A stretch of 64,000 nt of DNA from Daphnia carinata (taxonomy: Eukaryota). The notes under the pieces were generated by a model. It saw nothing but the letters and a program-made list of their open reading frames with translations, was not told where the DNA came from and did no database searches. Below, piece by piece: positions 30,054-45,459 of the stretch (its first letter is position 1; each line of letters starts with the position of its first letter). A program made the position numbers and the translations under genes. Location of the stretch: assembly GCF_022539665.2 (NCBI RefSeq), contig NC_081334.1, positions 1,674,001-1,738,000 of the forward strand. Direction: 5' to 3'.

Positions 30054-33000
30054 CTTTTGGGCGAGTTACAAAAAGGACTCCAGGGTTTCCGACTTTTGGT
30101 TGCAGGTTTCCGACACTTGGACTCTGGAACCCGACGTTAGGACATCTGTCCACCGACGTTTGGACTACTGGTCCCCGACGTTTGGGCGCAACAGTAAATT
30201 GTTGCTGAAACCAACGAGCGCGACAAGATGACTCCCGTGCCATCGACATTAGGACTTTTTTTTTATTGATGATAAGTATTGTATACGTCAAACGGACTCC
30301 CGATCTAGCGACAAATGGATTCTCAATACAGGTACACGTTAATTGTTTTATTTCTATTACCTTATATTTTATACATACTTTTGCCAAGTAGGTAGGATAT
30401 TTAATTAATTTCGTTACTATAGATGTGTTTTCCTATGATGTATCGGTTTATTAATTTTACTATTTGTATTACAGAAAAAAGGATGAATAAAATTATAAGA
30501 GTTTATGTGCTGATGCCAGAGGTAAATCTATCATTTTTATTTACTTAAATTTACTAATCTTTTAGTTATTCAAGGCACTAAGGTATGATGTAGCAATCGA
30601 AACCATTCCTTATAATGTTGCTGCCATACGTCATCCAAGACATTGTAGAGTATACATCAACACTTAGTCTCTGTTATTAAGAAATGTGGAAATGGAGGAT
30701 AAGGTAAGACCAAGGAAGAATTCCTGTTAAGCATATTAAATAATTAATGTACATAACCTTTTGTCACTCGCAGCACAAACTCATGATTCCATTGTTGACT
30801 CAAAGCCAACAGCCCCACTTGTCTCGAGGTCCCAATGTGCATATCCAGGGAAAGGTAATGCTAACAGCAATCTTTCAAATAATGTTATGAAATTAATGAA
30901 TATATAATATTTCTACTAATAGCATGTTATACAGTACATACTTAAAAACCGTCTGGTAGTATTAATTGTCTAAGAGTTTGTAATTCCTTTTTTTTTTAGC
31001 GAAGGGGATATTAATCAACGTGCTGGTCGAGCTGGTCGTACCGGCCCGGGACATTGTTACCGACTCTATTCTTTTGACGTCTTTAATGACGAGTTTGAAA
31101 AATTTTCCTTGCCAGATATCGCGCGAAGGTATTATTATTATAGATTTGGCTACTGTCAAGGGAAGTATAACAAAGTTTTATTCCAGACCCATCGACGACT
31201 TAGTTCTACAAATGAAATCAATGGACATTGAAAAAGTTATCCACTTTCCTTTCCCCACACCACCTGATATTCAGCAACTGTTCGCAGCTGAGCGACGATT
31301 GTTGTTGCTAAATGCACTGGAACCGCCGCCACGCAGCGTAGGACTCAAACGTAAGATTCGTACTGTTTTTCAATTACATTTTAAAATATTGAAAATTCAT
31401 TTTAGCATTTACAGAAAGCCAAGAATGGATGTCAAAAATCACTCCACTTGGCAGAGCCATGGCAGCTTATCCATTAGCACCGCGCTTTGCAAAGATGTTA
31501 TTATTAAGCCAACAAAATGACCTACGTCAGCTGAGCATTACTCTGGTCTGCCCTATTAGTACAAGAACTTGTGCTGGATCAGCCAGCCGATTCTGTAGCA
31601 GGCGATACTCACAGAAGGTGGCTTGGTCAAGATAGACGTCCTGGGCTGGAACGGGACAGTCCCTACTTTTAGGAGACCCCATGGTACTCCTGCGTGCTGT
31701 TGGCGCCGCCGAGTACTCGGGTGATATTGAAGCGTTTTGTTCCACGAACGGGATACGTAGCAAAGCTCTTCGTGAAGTCCGAAAACTGCGGGTCTAGCTG
31801 ACAAACGAAACGAACTTGAATTTACCATCGGGCACTGCATCGATTGTGGTTGACCCTCGCATGGCGCCCCCTACTGAATTGCAAGCCAAACTTTTGCGTC
31901 AGATTCTGATGGCTGGACTTCCCGATCACGTGGCTAAGCGAATACCTCCAAATGAAATCAAGGAAACCGAAGACTGTAGAAAGTACAAATACGCTTATCG
32001 CTGCCCAGAAATGGAAGATCCTGTCTTCTTGAACCCATCGAGTATCTTGCGCTATTCGCACCCTGAATGGATCATTTATCAGGACATTTATGAACATGCC
32101 AACAAAATCTATTTGCGTGGTATTAGGGCCATCAAACCCGAATGGCTGCCTATATTCAGTCCTACACAGTGCACCTTCTCTGCCCCCTTGGAGCTTCCTG
32201 CCCCTGGTTATGATTCAGACCAGGGCCGTGTAATGTGTCACATGAATGTTACATTTGGGAGAAGTGGTTGGCCTCTGCCTGTAATGGAGCTTGAATATCC
32301 AGCTGGTATCGACCGGTTCAAGTTTTTAGCCCAGTTTTTCCTTAATGGAGAGGTTTGTCGTCCTCTAGCAAAGTACGTATTGGCTCTAGTTTTGTTCATA
32401 TTTTCCAGCCGTACTAAATAAGTAATTTTGTTATGTAGATACACGGCAGCTCTGCTGTCAACTCCATCAACAATGGTCAAGACATGGGTGAAACTCCAGC
32501 CCAAGACACAAGTGTTACTTCAACAACTGACAATTGGTAATCTCGATAGCTTAGATTCGCTTCTTGCCGCTTGGCAAAAAGATAAATTCTATCTCCTGGG
32601 GGCCTATAAAGCCTGGGTACCTGAATCACTTCATGAAGAAATCAATACCCTTTGGCCTCCTGTGTAATTGACTGTAAAATATATTGACCTCTTCATTGCG
32701 TAAGTAAACTTCTATCGTGAAATCCAAGTTCTTGAGTTTAGCGATAACTTAATATTTTAATCTCTCTTAGCATGAAAAGTTAGCAGGGTTTCCAATTGAA
32801 AATCATCTCATTTTTATTGAAAACACACCTAAAATCAACTACGGGAAGAATAATCTCTACTCTGCCTTGACGCGCTTTTCTTTTTCTCCTTGATTGGATT
32901 TTTCTTGCATTCATTATAAATATTACGAAAAATCAATACATTTGCGTCTGAATGAAAGTCTCTTCGGTCTCTATGGCACTTCGGCATACAGTTTTTTGGA

Positions 33001-33874
33001 AAAAAGTTAACAACAACAAAACAAATAGACGAAGTTAGTTTTCCTAAACAATGTAATTCTTTGTTACAATAGTTAAATATACAATAATGAATGATCAATT
33101 GATTATTCTGGGTTTGTGACATGGCTTACGATTACAATTCAATATGAATAAAAACAATACCTGAAACTTACAGCATTTATCCTCTGTGGATTATCAGAAG
33201 ATGCAATAATGCCATATGTGGCATTAGCTTTTAACTTTCCCCAATCGTGTCCAGTTGCAGCTCTCATTACAACACTGTCTTGTTCTACATAGGACTTCAG
33301 GTGCGCGAGACATGCTTTCGATTTCACGTAATTTTGCACTAATTCGTAAATAACACCTTGGTTTCGGTCAAACGCCATGGCCAAAAAGTAAACAATACAA
33401 TTGCAAATGGGGCTAAACTAATAGTTTTATTAATACTTTTTTCTGTAATACAAATAGTACAATTTATAAACAGATACAGCATAGAAAAACATCTCTATAA
33501 TAATAACATTAATTAAATATCCTACCTACTTGGCAAAAGTATGTATAAAATATAAGGTAATAGAAATAAAACAATCAACGTGTAACTGTATGGAGAGTCC
33601 ATTTGTCGCTAGATCGGGAGTCCGTTTGACGTATACAATACTAATCATCAATAAAAAAAAAGTCCTAATGTCGATGGCACGGGAGTCCTCTTGTCGGAAA
33701 GTGTAGCGCTCGTTGGGTTCAGCAACAATATATTGTTGCGCCCAAATGTCGGGGACCACTAGTCCAAACGTCGGTGAACAGATGTCCTTTCGTCGGGTAC
33801 CAGATGTCCAAGTGTCGGAAACCTGCAACCAAAAGTCGGAAACCCTGGAGTCCTTTTTGTAACTCGCCCAAAAG
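30054..33874. mobile_element. Non-autonomous long-TIR DNA transposon (CMC/CACTA-like) carrying host-gene fragments
   Basis: TIRs at ~30054-30481 and ~33436-33874 beginning CTTTTGGGCGAGTTACAAAAAGGACTCCAGGG. ACT immediately outside both ends (30051-53 and 33875-77). Repeated CCGAC subterminal motifs at ~21-bp spacing. Confidence 0.8.
31000..32667 (+). pseudogene. DHX37: 3' fragment of DEAH-box helicase DHX37/kurz, with introns and in-frame stops
   Basis: Begins just before motif VI ([20 protein letters not shown]). Contains [26 protein letters not shown] and ITPLGRAMAAYPLAPRFAKML, and ends LWPPV*. TAG stops near 31633 and 31796. The N-terminal helicase core is absent. Confidence 0.85.
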
Positions 33875-33986
33875 ACTCTGTCCCAATATAGTAGTTAACT
33901 TTTCGGTCGCTAGTGCAAGTAGTTTGTTTCGTCACCGCCAGTTGTCCATAGAAGTCTTTCCAAGAGGACTTTTTTTCCAAGCCTAG

Positions 33987-33994
33987 TCTTTTCT
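33987..33994 (+). promoter_or_regulatory. Polypyrimidine TCT initiator / 5'TOP of RpS3a
   Basis: TCTTTTCT ~25 bp upstream of the ribosomal-protein ATG, typical of ribosomal protein genes. Confidence 0.55.
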
Positions 33995-34015
33995 AAGTGT
34001 ACTCCCAAATTCAAC

Positions 34016-35200
34016 ATGGCTGTTGGAAAGAATAAGGGACTTTCAAAAGGGGGTAAAAAGGGTCTGAAAAAGAAGATGTAAGTAATTTTATCATCGTTAA
34101 ACTTATCAGTGAATCTTCCTGTTTCGTATGGTGAATTATTCTGTGAGCATGACAACGGATGTCATAGATTCTTTGAGATGTGAAAACCCCGGCGACGTGT
34201 TCAGTCTAAATACCAACTATCGAAGTTGAGTTCATTTTGAATTTTTTTTTCTCTTTTAGTATTGATCCTTTCACTCGCAAAGACTGGTATGACATTAAGG
34301 CACCGTCTATGTTCGCAGTCCGTCAGGTTGGCAAAACATTAGTCAACAGGACTCAAGGAACACGTAAGAAAAAATATGACCATTGTCCACTTCCAGTTTA
34401 AACGTTTCTAATGTATTATTGCTTCATTCAGGTATTGCTTCCGAAGGCTTGAAGGGCCGCGTATTCGAAGTTTCTCTCACCGATCTTCAGAATGAATCTG
34501 ATTCTGAGAGGGCATTCCGCAAGTTCAAGCTGATCTCTGAAGATGTTCAAGTGAGCTACCATTTGCACATGTATTTTATTTTGGTAGACAGATCCTTAAT
34601 GTTCTAACAACTTGCATAGGGTCGTAACTTGTTGACAAACTTCCATGGAATGGACATGACTACAGATAAGCTTCGATCAATGGTGAAGAAATGGCAATCC
34701 CTTATTGAAGCCAGTGTTGAGGTGAAGACCACTGACGGATACTTGCTCCGAGTATTCTGCATTGGTTTCACCAAGAAGGAGAGCGAGTCTACTCGCAAAA
34801 CATGCTATGCTCAGCATGCTCAGATCAAGGCCATCCGTAAGAAGATGGTTGACATCATCACTCGTGAGGTTGGCTCCGTGGATTTGAAAGGTCAGTGTTG
34901 CATTTGTTATTTTGAATGATAGAATTTAATGTAATGTTTTCCATTATTTCAGAGGTTGTTAGTAAGCTGATCCCTGACTCCATCAGCAAAGACATTGAGA
35001 AGTCCTGCCAGGGAATTTACCCTCTCCACGACGTCAATATCCGGAAGGTAAAAGTCCTCAAGAAGCCAAAGTTCGACATTGGCAAGCTCCTGGAATTGCA
35101 CGGAGACGGTGGCAAGTCCGGAGTTGGCGGCGAAGGTGGAGTTTCGGGCTCTGTGGACCGACCCGAAGGCTACGAACCCCCTGTTCAAGAGTCTGTTTAG
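34016..35200 (+). CDS. RpS3A: 40S ribosomal protein S3a (eS1), 5 exons
   Basis: [71 protein letters not shown] and [10 protein letters not shown]. Confidence 0.97.
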
Positions 35201-36086
35201 TAGGAGAGAAGTGTTTTGCCATCTTCTTAAACTGACATTTGAGACAGCGTGAAGGCGGTGGCCCCAATAAAAAAAACTTCAAAAAAAATTGTCACTTCTA
35301 TTTATTTTAATACGTGGAATGCTAATTACTTCGATTGAAGTAGTTGATACATACAGAATTTGTTCTGTTTTTCCAACTACCCCGTTGGGGTAAACTTTTA
35401 AAATAGAAACGGAACAGGTGATTCATATAAATCAAAATTTGGCAGGTATGCTTGAGTCACCAGTTTTAAATTTTGAAATTGATTGCTTTATATCTAACTG
35501 CTTAATCGGGAAAACTATCTTTGTTCAATGGGGAATAACAGCGAAAAGTGTTGCATAGTATGAAGATCTAGTACTGATCTGGCTAGGTAGATGGTTCTGT
35601 GCATTGCAGTGAAGGCCTCGTATTGGTCATTTTTTATTGCTTGCTGTATAGCAATAACCCCAGCAGGCGGCGATTCTCAAAAAGATATACTGTCAACAAG
35701 TGAAATTCAGTTTTCATTAAATTTTTTCTAAATATATCTAATTCCTTGAGGAATTGTGGCACATGTGTGCGATATTGGTAAAATGGGAAAGATGGATTTT
35801 GCTGCTTCATGCATCTGAGATAATGCAAGACAGCTTTCCTCGCATGTGTTAGTCGGCGACCAGCTCTATTGCTGGAACATCATACTGGCTCTGGTCTGTG
35901 GTTACCAAATATTTCATCTTGTGATTAGTATTGTTTTTAGTCATCTTCAGCAAGTTTTGCTTCACAAAAATTGTAAGTCACTTATTGGATTTTCTGCATG
36001 AGAATTGACTACATATTATTTATATACCTAGATTCGCAAAACAGAAAACTATTTAAAAAGGCAACATATTTATTTGAAGCAGAAAC

Positions 36087-39000
36087 ATGATTCAGCCTGG
36101 GATAACTTTGCTGCTGATCTTAGCTGTATTCAGTAAGTTCTATCTTGCTTATCAAATTTGCCTTCCTCTTGGTAAATGTCATGACTGGGTTAAGGGTGAA
36201 GGCCAGATAACAAGTTCCCTCTAGAGCTCTTATCATATAGGATATTGAGCCATTTATGTTGAATGGGAAACTTCAAAATTTCAGATCAGCAGTTTAAATG
36301 TCCAAACTTTTTTTTTTCATCTGCATTTGTGGAAAAGCTGGATAATTTTAATCTTTCTTTTATAATTTTTTTAAAGGTTCTATCTGTCAACAAGCTCCTG
36401 GTACTATAGAAACTTCATTGATTCTCCAGGCTGATGAAATTTAATTTAAACATTTTATTTATGCAGCAACTAGCACTAGACAATATGAATTGGGGACCAC
36501 ATATAGCTACCACTACACAGCTGCAGTATTACTTAATGAAGCACCACCACTATTCTCCCAAAATGCAACTAAAGCAAGAGGGACTGATGTTGGATATCAA
36601 GTAACATCATCATTATCATTTATGACTAAACCAGTTTATCACAGAATTTTTTGTCTGGTAAGATTACAGCAACAGTTGAAGTAACACCAGTATGGCGGAA
36701 CCCGTCAGATGCCGCTCACATGCTGTTTGAACTATTGGTAATTGCGTATAATCAACTCGATTTGGTAACCTAGCTATAAATTGTATTTTTAGATGTCAAG
36801 CCCGAAGCTTTCTGTACGGTCTCGAAAAGCCCAACAACCTGATGGGTTTGTTGATCACTCGTCGCCTTTGGATGATGCGCAATCCACCCCTGTGTACATC
36901 GACTGGAACGATGGGCAAATATCTCATATTTACGCTTTTGAATCTGAATCTGTTTCCCTCAAGAACCTAAAAAAAGGCATAGCTAGCCTTTTCCAACTTC
37001 AGACGTCGGGCATTGAAATTCATGAACTTGATGCTTCTGGAAATTGCACCGCCACCTATAACAGCCTAGGTGGCCGCACGTTTTTAAAAATTAAAAGTAA
37101 TTGCCAATTTCGAAGACCAACTTCGTCATTTTCCCAGTCTCAGAAAGTAAGTGTGGATTTTATTTTTTTGCAGTTGATGACAGTGTTGCTAAAGTATTAT
37201 TTTTTAGATCTTGGGTATAGCGTCTGTCAGCAGCCAACAAACCAAATTTAATTTAAAAGGTGATTCCGATGTAATGGACACGTTGACATCGACTGAAGTG
37301 CATGCCATCAGAGTGAAGCTGCGCTCTCAAGCCGGAGCTTCTGTGATTTCACGTCAGTATCTTCGATTGAACGGTATGATTTGCATGTGAATAATAGAAA
37401 TTAGAAATCAATTTTCTAAATTTTGTTAATTTCAGGCGAGTCAAAATCAAATAAGAAGTTTCCTGCCGCATCACTCGCTAAAGCGGTCAATTCAATTATG
37501 ATGAGTACAAATGTAAACCTTATCGAAGATAATCTTCAACTCGTGGAAGAATCGGTAGACGCCTGTGAAACTTCGTCTTGCAAAAACGTATGTCCGATCC
37601 ATTTATTCCTAGCTGGACAACATAATTTTGTTTTCCTTTCCTCTCGCAGCTTAAAAAAGCTGTTAATGATCTGAGAAAAAACCTTCAAACCTCAAATGTT
37701 GCGAAGCCTTCTGGCGCCGGTGCATTCGGCAAACTTTTACCCATTGTCCGGCGGTCATCAAAAGTTGATATTTTGGCTTTGTTGAAAGATTCCAAGAACA
37801 AACCTATTTTGTAAGTATTCTGTTATCTTTTTATTTTCGTAACTCCTTTTGAGATAACTATTTTTTAGACCTCAGCTGATGGACGTTGTGGCAGCGGCTC
37901 AAACCGCTGAAAGCTTCACTGCTGCTCTAGAGGCAATCAACTTTCAATCTCAAGACATTGATCTGGCTGAACGATTTCTACAGGTGGTTTCTTTATCGAC
38001 CCATCCCTCTGAAGATATTCTTCAAGGTAATCTAAGTTGAAGTGGCTAAAAGGTGGGAAGCAATAAACTAAAAATTGCTTTTTAGGTTTGTTACAACTCT
38101 CAAGGAAAATCAAGTCAGAAAAGCTCAGCGAAACAGCATTACTGAGTTTGGCTGCTGTAACGAGAACTTTTGCTTCAAATCCGGAGAAAGCGGGCAGTCC
38201 GGTATGAAATCATTTCATTTTACCAATTCAAATCACATTCTTTTAGATCCTCTTTGCTATGTTTAAATGAGAATTTTAACTGAATAGTTGGTGGCAAAGA
38301 TCCACAAATACGTTACCGACAACTTGGAAGCTTGTTCCAATGAAGACTGTAAACAACTGTATATGCGAGTTCTAAGAAATTTAGGCTCAATAGAAATGCT
38401 GCCCATTCTATTAGCTCACATTGACAGTAGTGACAAGAAGACTTCAGTTTGGGCAGTCAAAGCTGTCAGAGCTCTTCCCGCATCCATTTTCCTCGATGGC
38501 CGCGTCAAAGAAAAACTGCAGCGAGTTTACTTCCAAATAGGCCGCCGTTACGACTCGAGCGCTCGCACATTGGCATTGGATACGTTACTCGAACATGAAC
38601 CTGACGAAGCCTTTCTTCTTGAGGTTTTGACTTCTCTTTCGATGGGAGGCAGCGAAAATTTAGAACTAAACACCTACACCTTGCAACGATTGCAAGAATA
38701 TGCTGAAAACGATCCAATTTTACACTCGAAACTAAAACAACTCTTATCAGATCGACCGTCTCTAAATACTTACCACGTGTTTGCCCAAAACGGGATGTCG
38801 ACTACTTTTTCTCGCGTTCTTTATCGCAACATTGATGGGAATGGAACTTTCAGGTAAGACGCTTATACATTCGTCGAAAGAAGTAATATTCTTTTATTTT
38901 ACGATTACAGTTCTTCCACTGAAGCGGTAAACAAAATGATGAAGCGTGCTGCGTTTGATGTCTACGTGCGCAATTCCGAAGATGCCTTTCAATTACTCTC

Positions 39001-39985
39001 GGTATTTAAAAATGCTATTCGATTCATGTTTCACAGGAAAATGGCGTTTCAGATGTTACAAGACAACATTACTTTGACAACAGGTTGGTCTTTTTACTGG
39101 AGGGCTGGGTTCCCTAATGGGGTTTTCTAGCACAGAAGGTGAAGAAGAAGAAGAAGCTACGGCTGGAATGGAAGTTACACTTGCGGGCGTCCAGCTCAGA
39201 CCTATTGTTTTCTTTACTGGTCAAGGCGAGCTAATGGGTCACGTTTGGTCAGGAACAGCGTCCGAAAGAACCACTGCTCTGCAGGTGACAAAATCAAAAA
39301 CAAAAAGAATATTTTCCTAGTTTTAAATAAATTTTTTTTGTTACAAAATTGACTGGCATTTAGGCAACTGTGCTGCTTCAAGATCACCGTCAAGCAGTAG
39401 TACTACAAAGCGGTTTCATCGCTGTATTAGATATTCGTGGATCTGTTTCTTTTGATTTCGGAGGAGAGATCCAAATCAGTATTTGGAACAGAAACTCGCA
39501 TTCAGTTGTGGAAGATATGTAAGTTGGCCAAAGACCACAAACATGCTAATTGCAAAAAAAAAATGTTTTTATAATTATAATAATTTTCCCCCTAGCGCTG
39601 CGTGGCAACTGGATGGATCATTGAGATTAGATACACCTTTTGTTAAATCTTCCGTTGATTTCACGACGAGCGCCGCCTCCCGTGTCGATTTCGTGAATGA
39701 CGTCAGCTTCGCTAATGGGATTCTTTTATGCTTGCGTATGGGTCAAGCCGAGTTCCATATAAAGTAACCGGAGACTTTTCTTTCACAAATTCATATTTTA
39801 CGAGCCCTAACTTTTACAAATTTGTGTCCTCCTCTAGTTACACTGTACAAAAGCGTGAAAGCATTCCGGGCACTAAGCATTGGATTCATAAGAAGAAAAA
39901 ACGTAAGGATTTTATCCCGGGTCGCACGTTTAAGCTGAATGACCAAAATTCTGGCTTTTGTAATGAAATGTTTCCTAAAACATAG
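36087..39985 (+). CDS. MTTP: Microsomal triglyceride transfer protein large subunit (LLTP family), many exons
   Basis: Signal peptide MIQPGITLLLILAVF. NLKKGIASLFQLQ..ELDASGNCTATY, LMDVVAAAQT, LRPIVFFTGQGELMGHVWSG and C-terminal CNEMF. Confidence 0.82.
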
Positions 39986-40227
39986 AATGGATCATCATTA
40001 AAAAAAAAACCGTATAGTCTCAATGCCGGTCTGTTAAGTAAGTTCTAGGGTCCAAAGATGCTCAAATGAAGCTAAGTGGTTTAAGTAGTTTACAACATGA
40101 TGGTTATAAACAAAAATTAAAAAAAAAACTGTGGCAATGTGAAAAATGTGTTTGTTGCTGAATAAACCTGGATATGTTCCATTAAAACAAATTGCATTTT
40201 CATCTCATATGAAATTGATAAAAAGGG

Positions 40228-40841
40228 TCACTCTAAACTTTTGACTATGCATTGATTGACAACTTCCAACAAGTTACTGTTTTCCAAAGCAGCAGAAACT
40301 CTCTCTTTGTCAGCTAGCTGTTTGTTAACAGCTTCTTCAGATGCATGAGAACCTGGTGAAATGTTCACTTCCACTTTAAACCTGGGAGGTAGTGACCTTA
40401 GAAGGCAAACTTTGATGGATAGTCCTATTAATGTTGCCATGCTGCAGTGAGGAATAGTTGGAGTATAAAAGACTTTCACACTGTTTTTATGATCATCGAC
40501 CTATAGCCACCAAAAAGTTTCAAAGTTATTAGTAGTAAAACTAGTAAAATCAATATTTACTTCAATGTTTGTAATTTGTACAACATTCAGTTCTTCAAGT
40601 GACATTGGATGTTCAGGATCACTAATATCCCTTAATAAATCTTTGTGGTAAGAATAAGTAAAAATGTAATTATTAAACAAAAGCAAGACGTAAAATGTGT
40701 GGGACTATGATTTTTACCGAATATTTCCCTTTCATCTATAGGGTCCTTAACAGATTCGTCTTCTTCTTCTATCGTAACTTCTCTTTTAGTCTTTTTGACA
40801 AATCGCTGTGGGTTAACATTCTCGATTCCTTTAGTAGTCAT
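40228..40841 (-). CDS. CIAO2B: Cytosolic iron-sulfur assembly component 2B (FAM96B/MIP18), 3 exons
   Basis: [34 protein letters not shown] and [16 protein letters not shown]. Confidence 0.92.
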
Positions 40842-41315
40842 TTTATGCTCCTATCTAACTGCGATTTTGCGTATGGCAGAACTACAAATCAGACAACCAA
40901 GTCAATAGTAAACATGGGCAGCAGTGTCATCTAGTGGTTTGTTTTAAACTCACCTAAATAGTAAACCTACATTATGTTTTTTTTTAGTTCTGATATTAAT
41001 TATATCATGAATCCAAGTTAAAATTAACTAACACATTGAAACGTTGGGTTAAAGAATGCGTTTTTTTTAAATGCCCGTAATGACTTTGTCTCTGTTTTGA
41101 TTTGGCTCTAGATTAAAACACAGACGTCGTCTGCTGTTTGCTAAAAGAAAAAAGAAAAACACGCTTAACACTCAACAACTTACAGTGTTACAGTGTTCGT
41201 TTTCAATAAGCGATTGGCTTTATTATTTGAATTCAACTGAAAATCCCAAAATTTCGTGTGTATGATAAATTTAATCTCATAATAAAGAGTTTCCTTACAT
41301 CCCATCATCTAGATT

Positions 41316-42678
41316 ATGGTACCTTTGAATTACATTAGTATAGTTTCAAGTTTAAAAATTTAATAATAAAGGTTTCTAATGTGTTAATAGGCTCTTCTGA
41401 TGAACGATATAGTACTTCCAAAGGATGATGATATTCCGGATCTTCTTCTGTCAAAGCATGCAAGTTTTTTGGCAGCTTACGGAACTAATAAAGATGATTA
41501 TGAGTTCTGTATGACAGAGTATCTCAGAATGAATGGAATCTATTGGAGTTTGACTGCAATGGATTTAATGGGCAAGCTAAGTGAGATGGATAGAGATGGG
41601 ATTATAGAATTTATAAAACAGTGCCAACATGATAATGGAGGTGTAGGAGCAAGTATTGATCATGATCCTCACCTACTCTACACCTTGAGTGCTGTTCAGG
41701 TGAATATTGGTTTTCATTTCTTGTGCCTTTAAATAGTCATGTGTTAATTAATCTTTTTTTCAATTATGGTATGCTAGATCTTATGTCTGTATGATGCACT
41801 TGATGCCATTGATTGTGAGAAAGTTACCAAATATGTTGTGAACTTGCAAAACAGTGATGGAAGTTTCTGTGGTGACCAGTGGGGTGAGATTGATACAAGG
41901 TTCTCAATGTGTGCTGTGGCTTGCTTGGCACTTTTGGTATATATTTATTTATGTTATTTGGTCTTTCTTAAACTCATTGTTTTCTGTCCTTATTTTTTCT
42001 CTCTAGGGAAAGCTGGACGCTATGAATATCGATGACGCAGTAAATTTTGTAATTTCATGCATGAATTTCGATGGAGGCTTTGGATGCAGGCCTGGATCTG
42101 AAAGTCATGCTGGGTAAGCCAGATAAATGAAAAAGTAAATGAACAGTTAAACTTTATTCATTAATTTTTTTTTTTTACCTTTATGATAGTCAAGTATATT
42201 GCTGCGTTGGGATGCTTTCGATTACGGGTCACCTACACTTAATTAAAGCCGACAGCCTGGGCTGGTGGTTGTGTGAGCGGCAATTGCCCAGTGGCGGTAA
42301 CGTCCACAGTGTTGGGGAACCCAGGAATTTACTCATATTTAAATGAGCCGTTTGTTGTTAGGTTTGAATGGCCGCCCCGAGAAATTGCCCGACGTATGCT
42401 ACTCTTGGTGGGTAGTTGCTTCCCTGCGTATTATCGGCCGGTTGGATTGGCTTGATAAGAACCAACTAAGAAAATTCATTATGGCTTGTCAGGATGTCGA
42501 AACAGGCGGATTCAGTGACCGTCCTAATGATATGCCCGATCCGTTTCACACCCTATTCGGTTTAGCAGGTCTCTCTCTTCTCGGTGAATCAAGTCTTAAA
42601 ACCATCAACCCTGTGTTTTGCATGCCACAACTAATTATATCTCGCCTAAAAGTTCTACCACAAACATTGACAATATAG
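41316..42678 (+). CDS. RABGGTB: Rab geranylgeranyltransferase type II beta subunit
   Basis: [60 protein letters not shown] and [14 protein letters not shown]. Transcribed divergently from CIAO2B. Confidence 0.93.
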
Positions 42679-43156
42679 CAAGCCATTAAAACATTCTTGG
42701 TCAGAAGAACAGCTGAATAAAAGGAAATTTTTCAGAAACGGCAACAATGGTGATCATTCTAGGTTATTCCATGGTTTAGACACTGAAGTGTCAGAATATA
42801 ATCAACCAATGCACTTTGCCCGAATCCTTTTTAATTATGGCAATCCGTTTTACCCCCCCAAAAAAAAAAAAAATTCAGCCTTTTTTTTCTTTTTTACAGC
42901 TATGGCCATCTATCGGCCAGATTCCTAGTTAATTTTCTAAATACAACTTTACGCATTTTAGCCATATAAATATATAATTTTTTAAATTATAACTTTATTT
43001 TATTAAAATATGACATACAATAATTATTTTGTTATATTCTACTTACTTAACTTTATTATTATTACTATTAACTATTAACTTTCCATTTTGTGCTGCAGCA
43101 ATTATAATGAATGTAATTCTAATAGCAATGAGAATAATTGCTGTTTCAGGTATAAA

Positions 43157-43245
43157 TAATATGTTTGAGTAATATAAAGTCATTATTGGTTGTTGCGCTG
43201 TGAAAATAATACACAATAACGACTTTGTATTACTCAAACATATTA
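43157..43245. repeat. Local hairpin (31-bp stem, 2 mismatches) at the outer junction of the left palindrome arm
   Basis: TAATATGTTTGAGTAATATAAAGTCATTATT ... AATAACGACTTTGTATTACTCAAACATATTA. Confidence 0.9.
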
Positions 43246-43529
43246 ATTTTCTTAAGTTAAATTTTCATTTGGATAAGTACTTTAAATGTTTAAAAACATT
43301 TAATTTGTGGTGGATAAAATTTCTCGTAATGACTTTTGCGTCCACAAGAGGCACCTTAAACAGTGGCTCGTCGGACAGTTTTTTTTTCAGGCATACTTTT
43401 AGATTGGCTTAACGCGTGTAGTCTGCTGTCTACTTTACTCGCTAGATAGACCGTCCTCGCTAGATTTTACTTCTTGACCTCTATATAATCTAATTTGTTT
43501 CATTCTGATCTACATTTTTTCTGTCCAGG

Positions 43530-45450
<1,921 letters not shown>

Positions 45451-45459
45451 AAATCGTAA

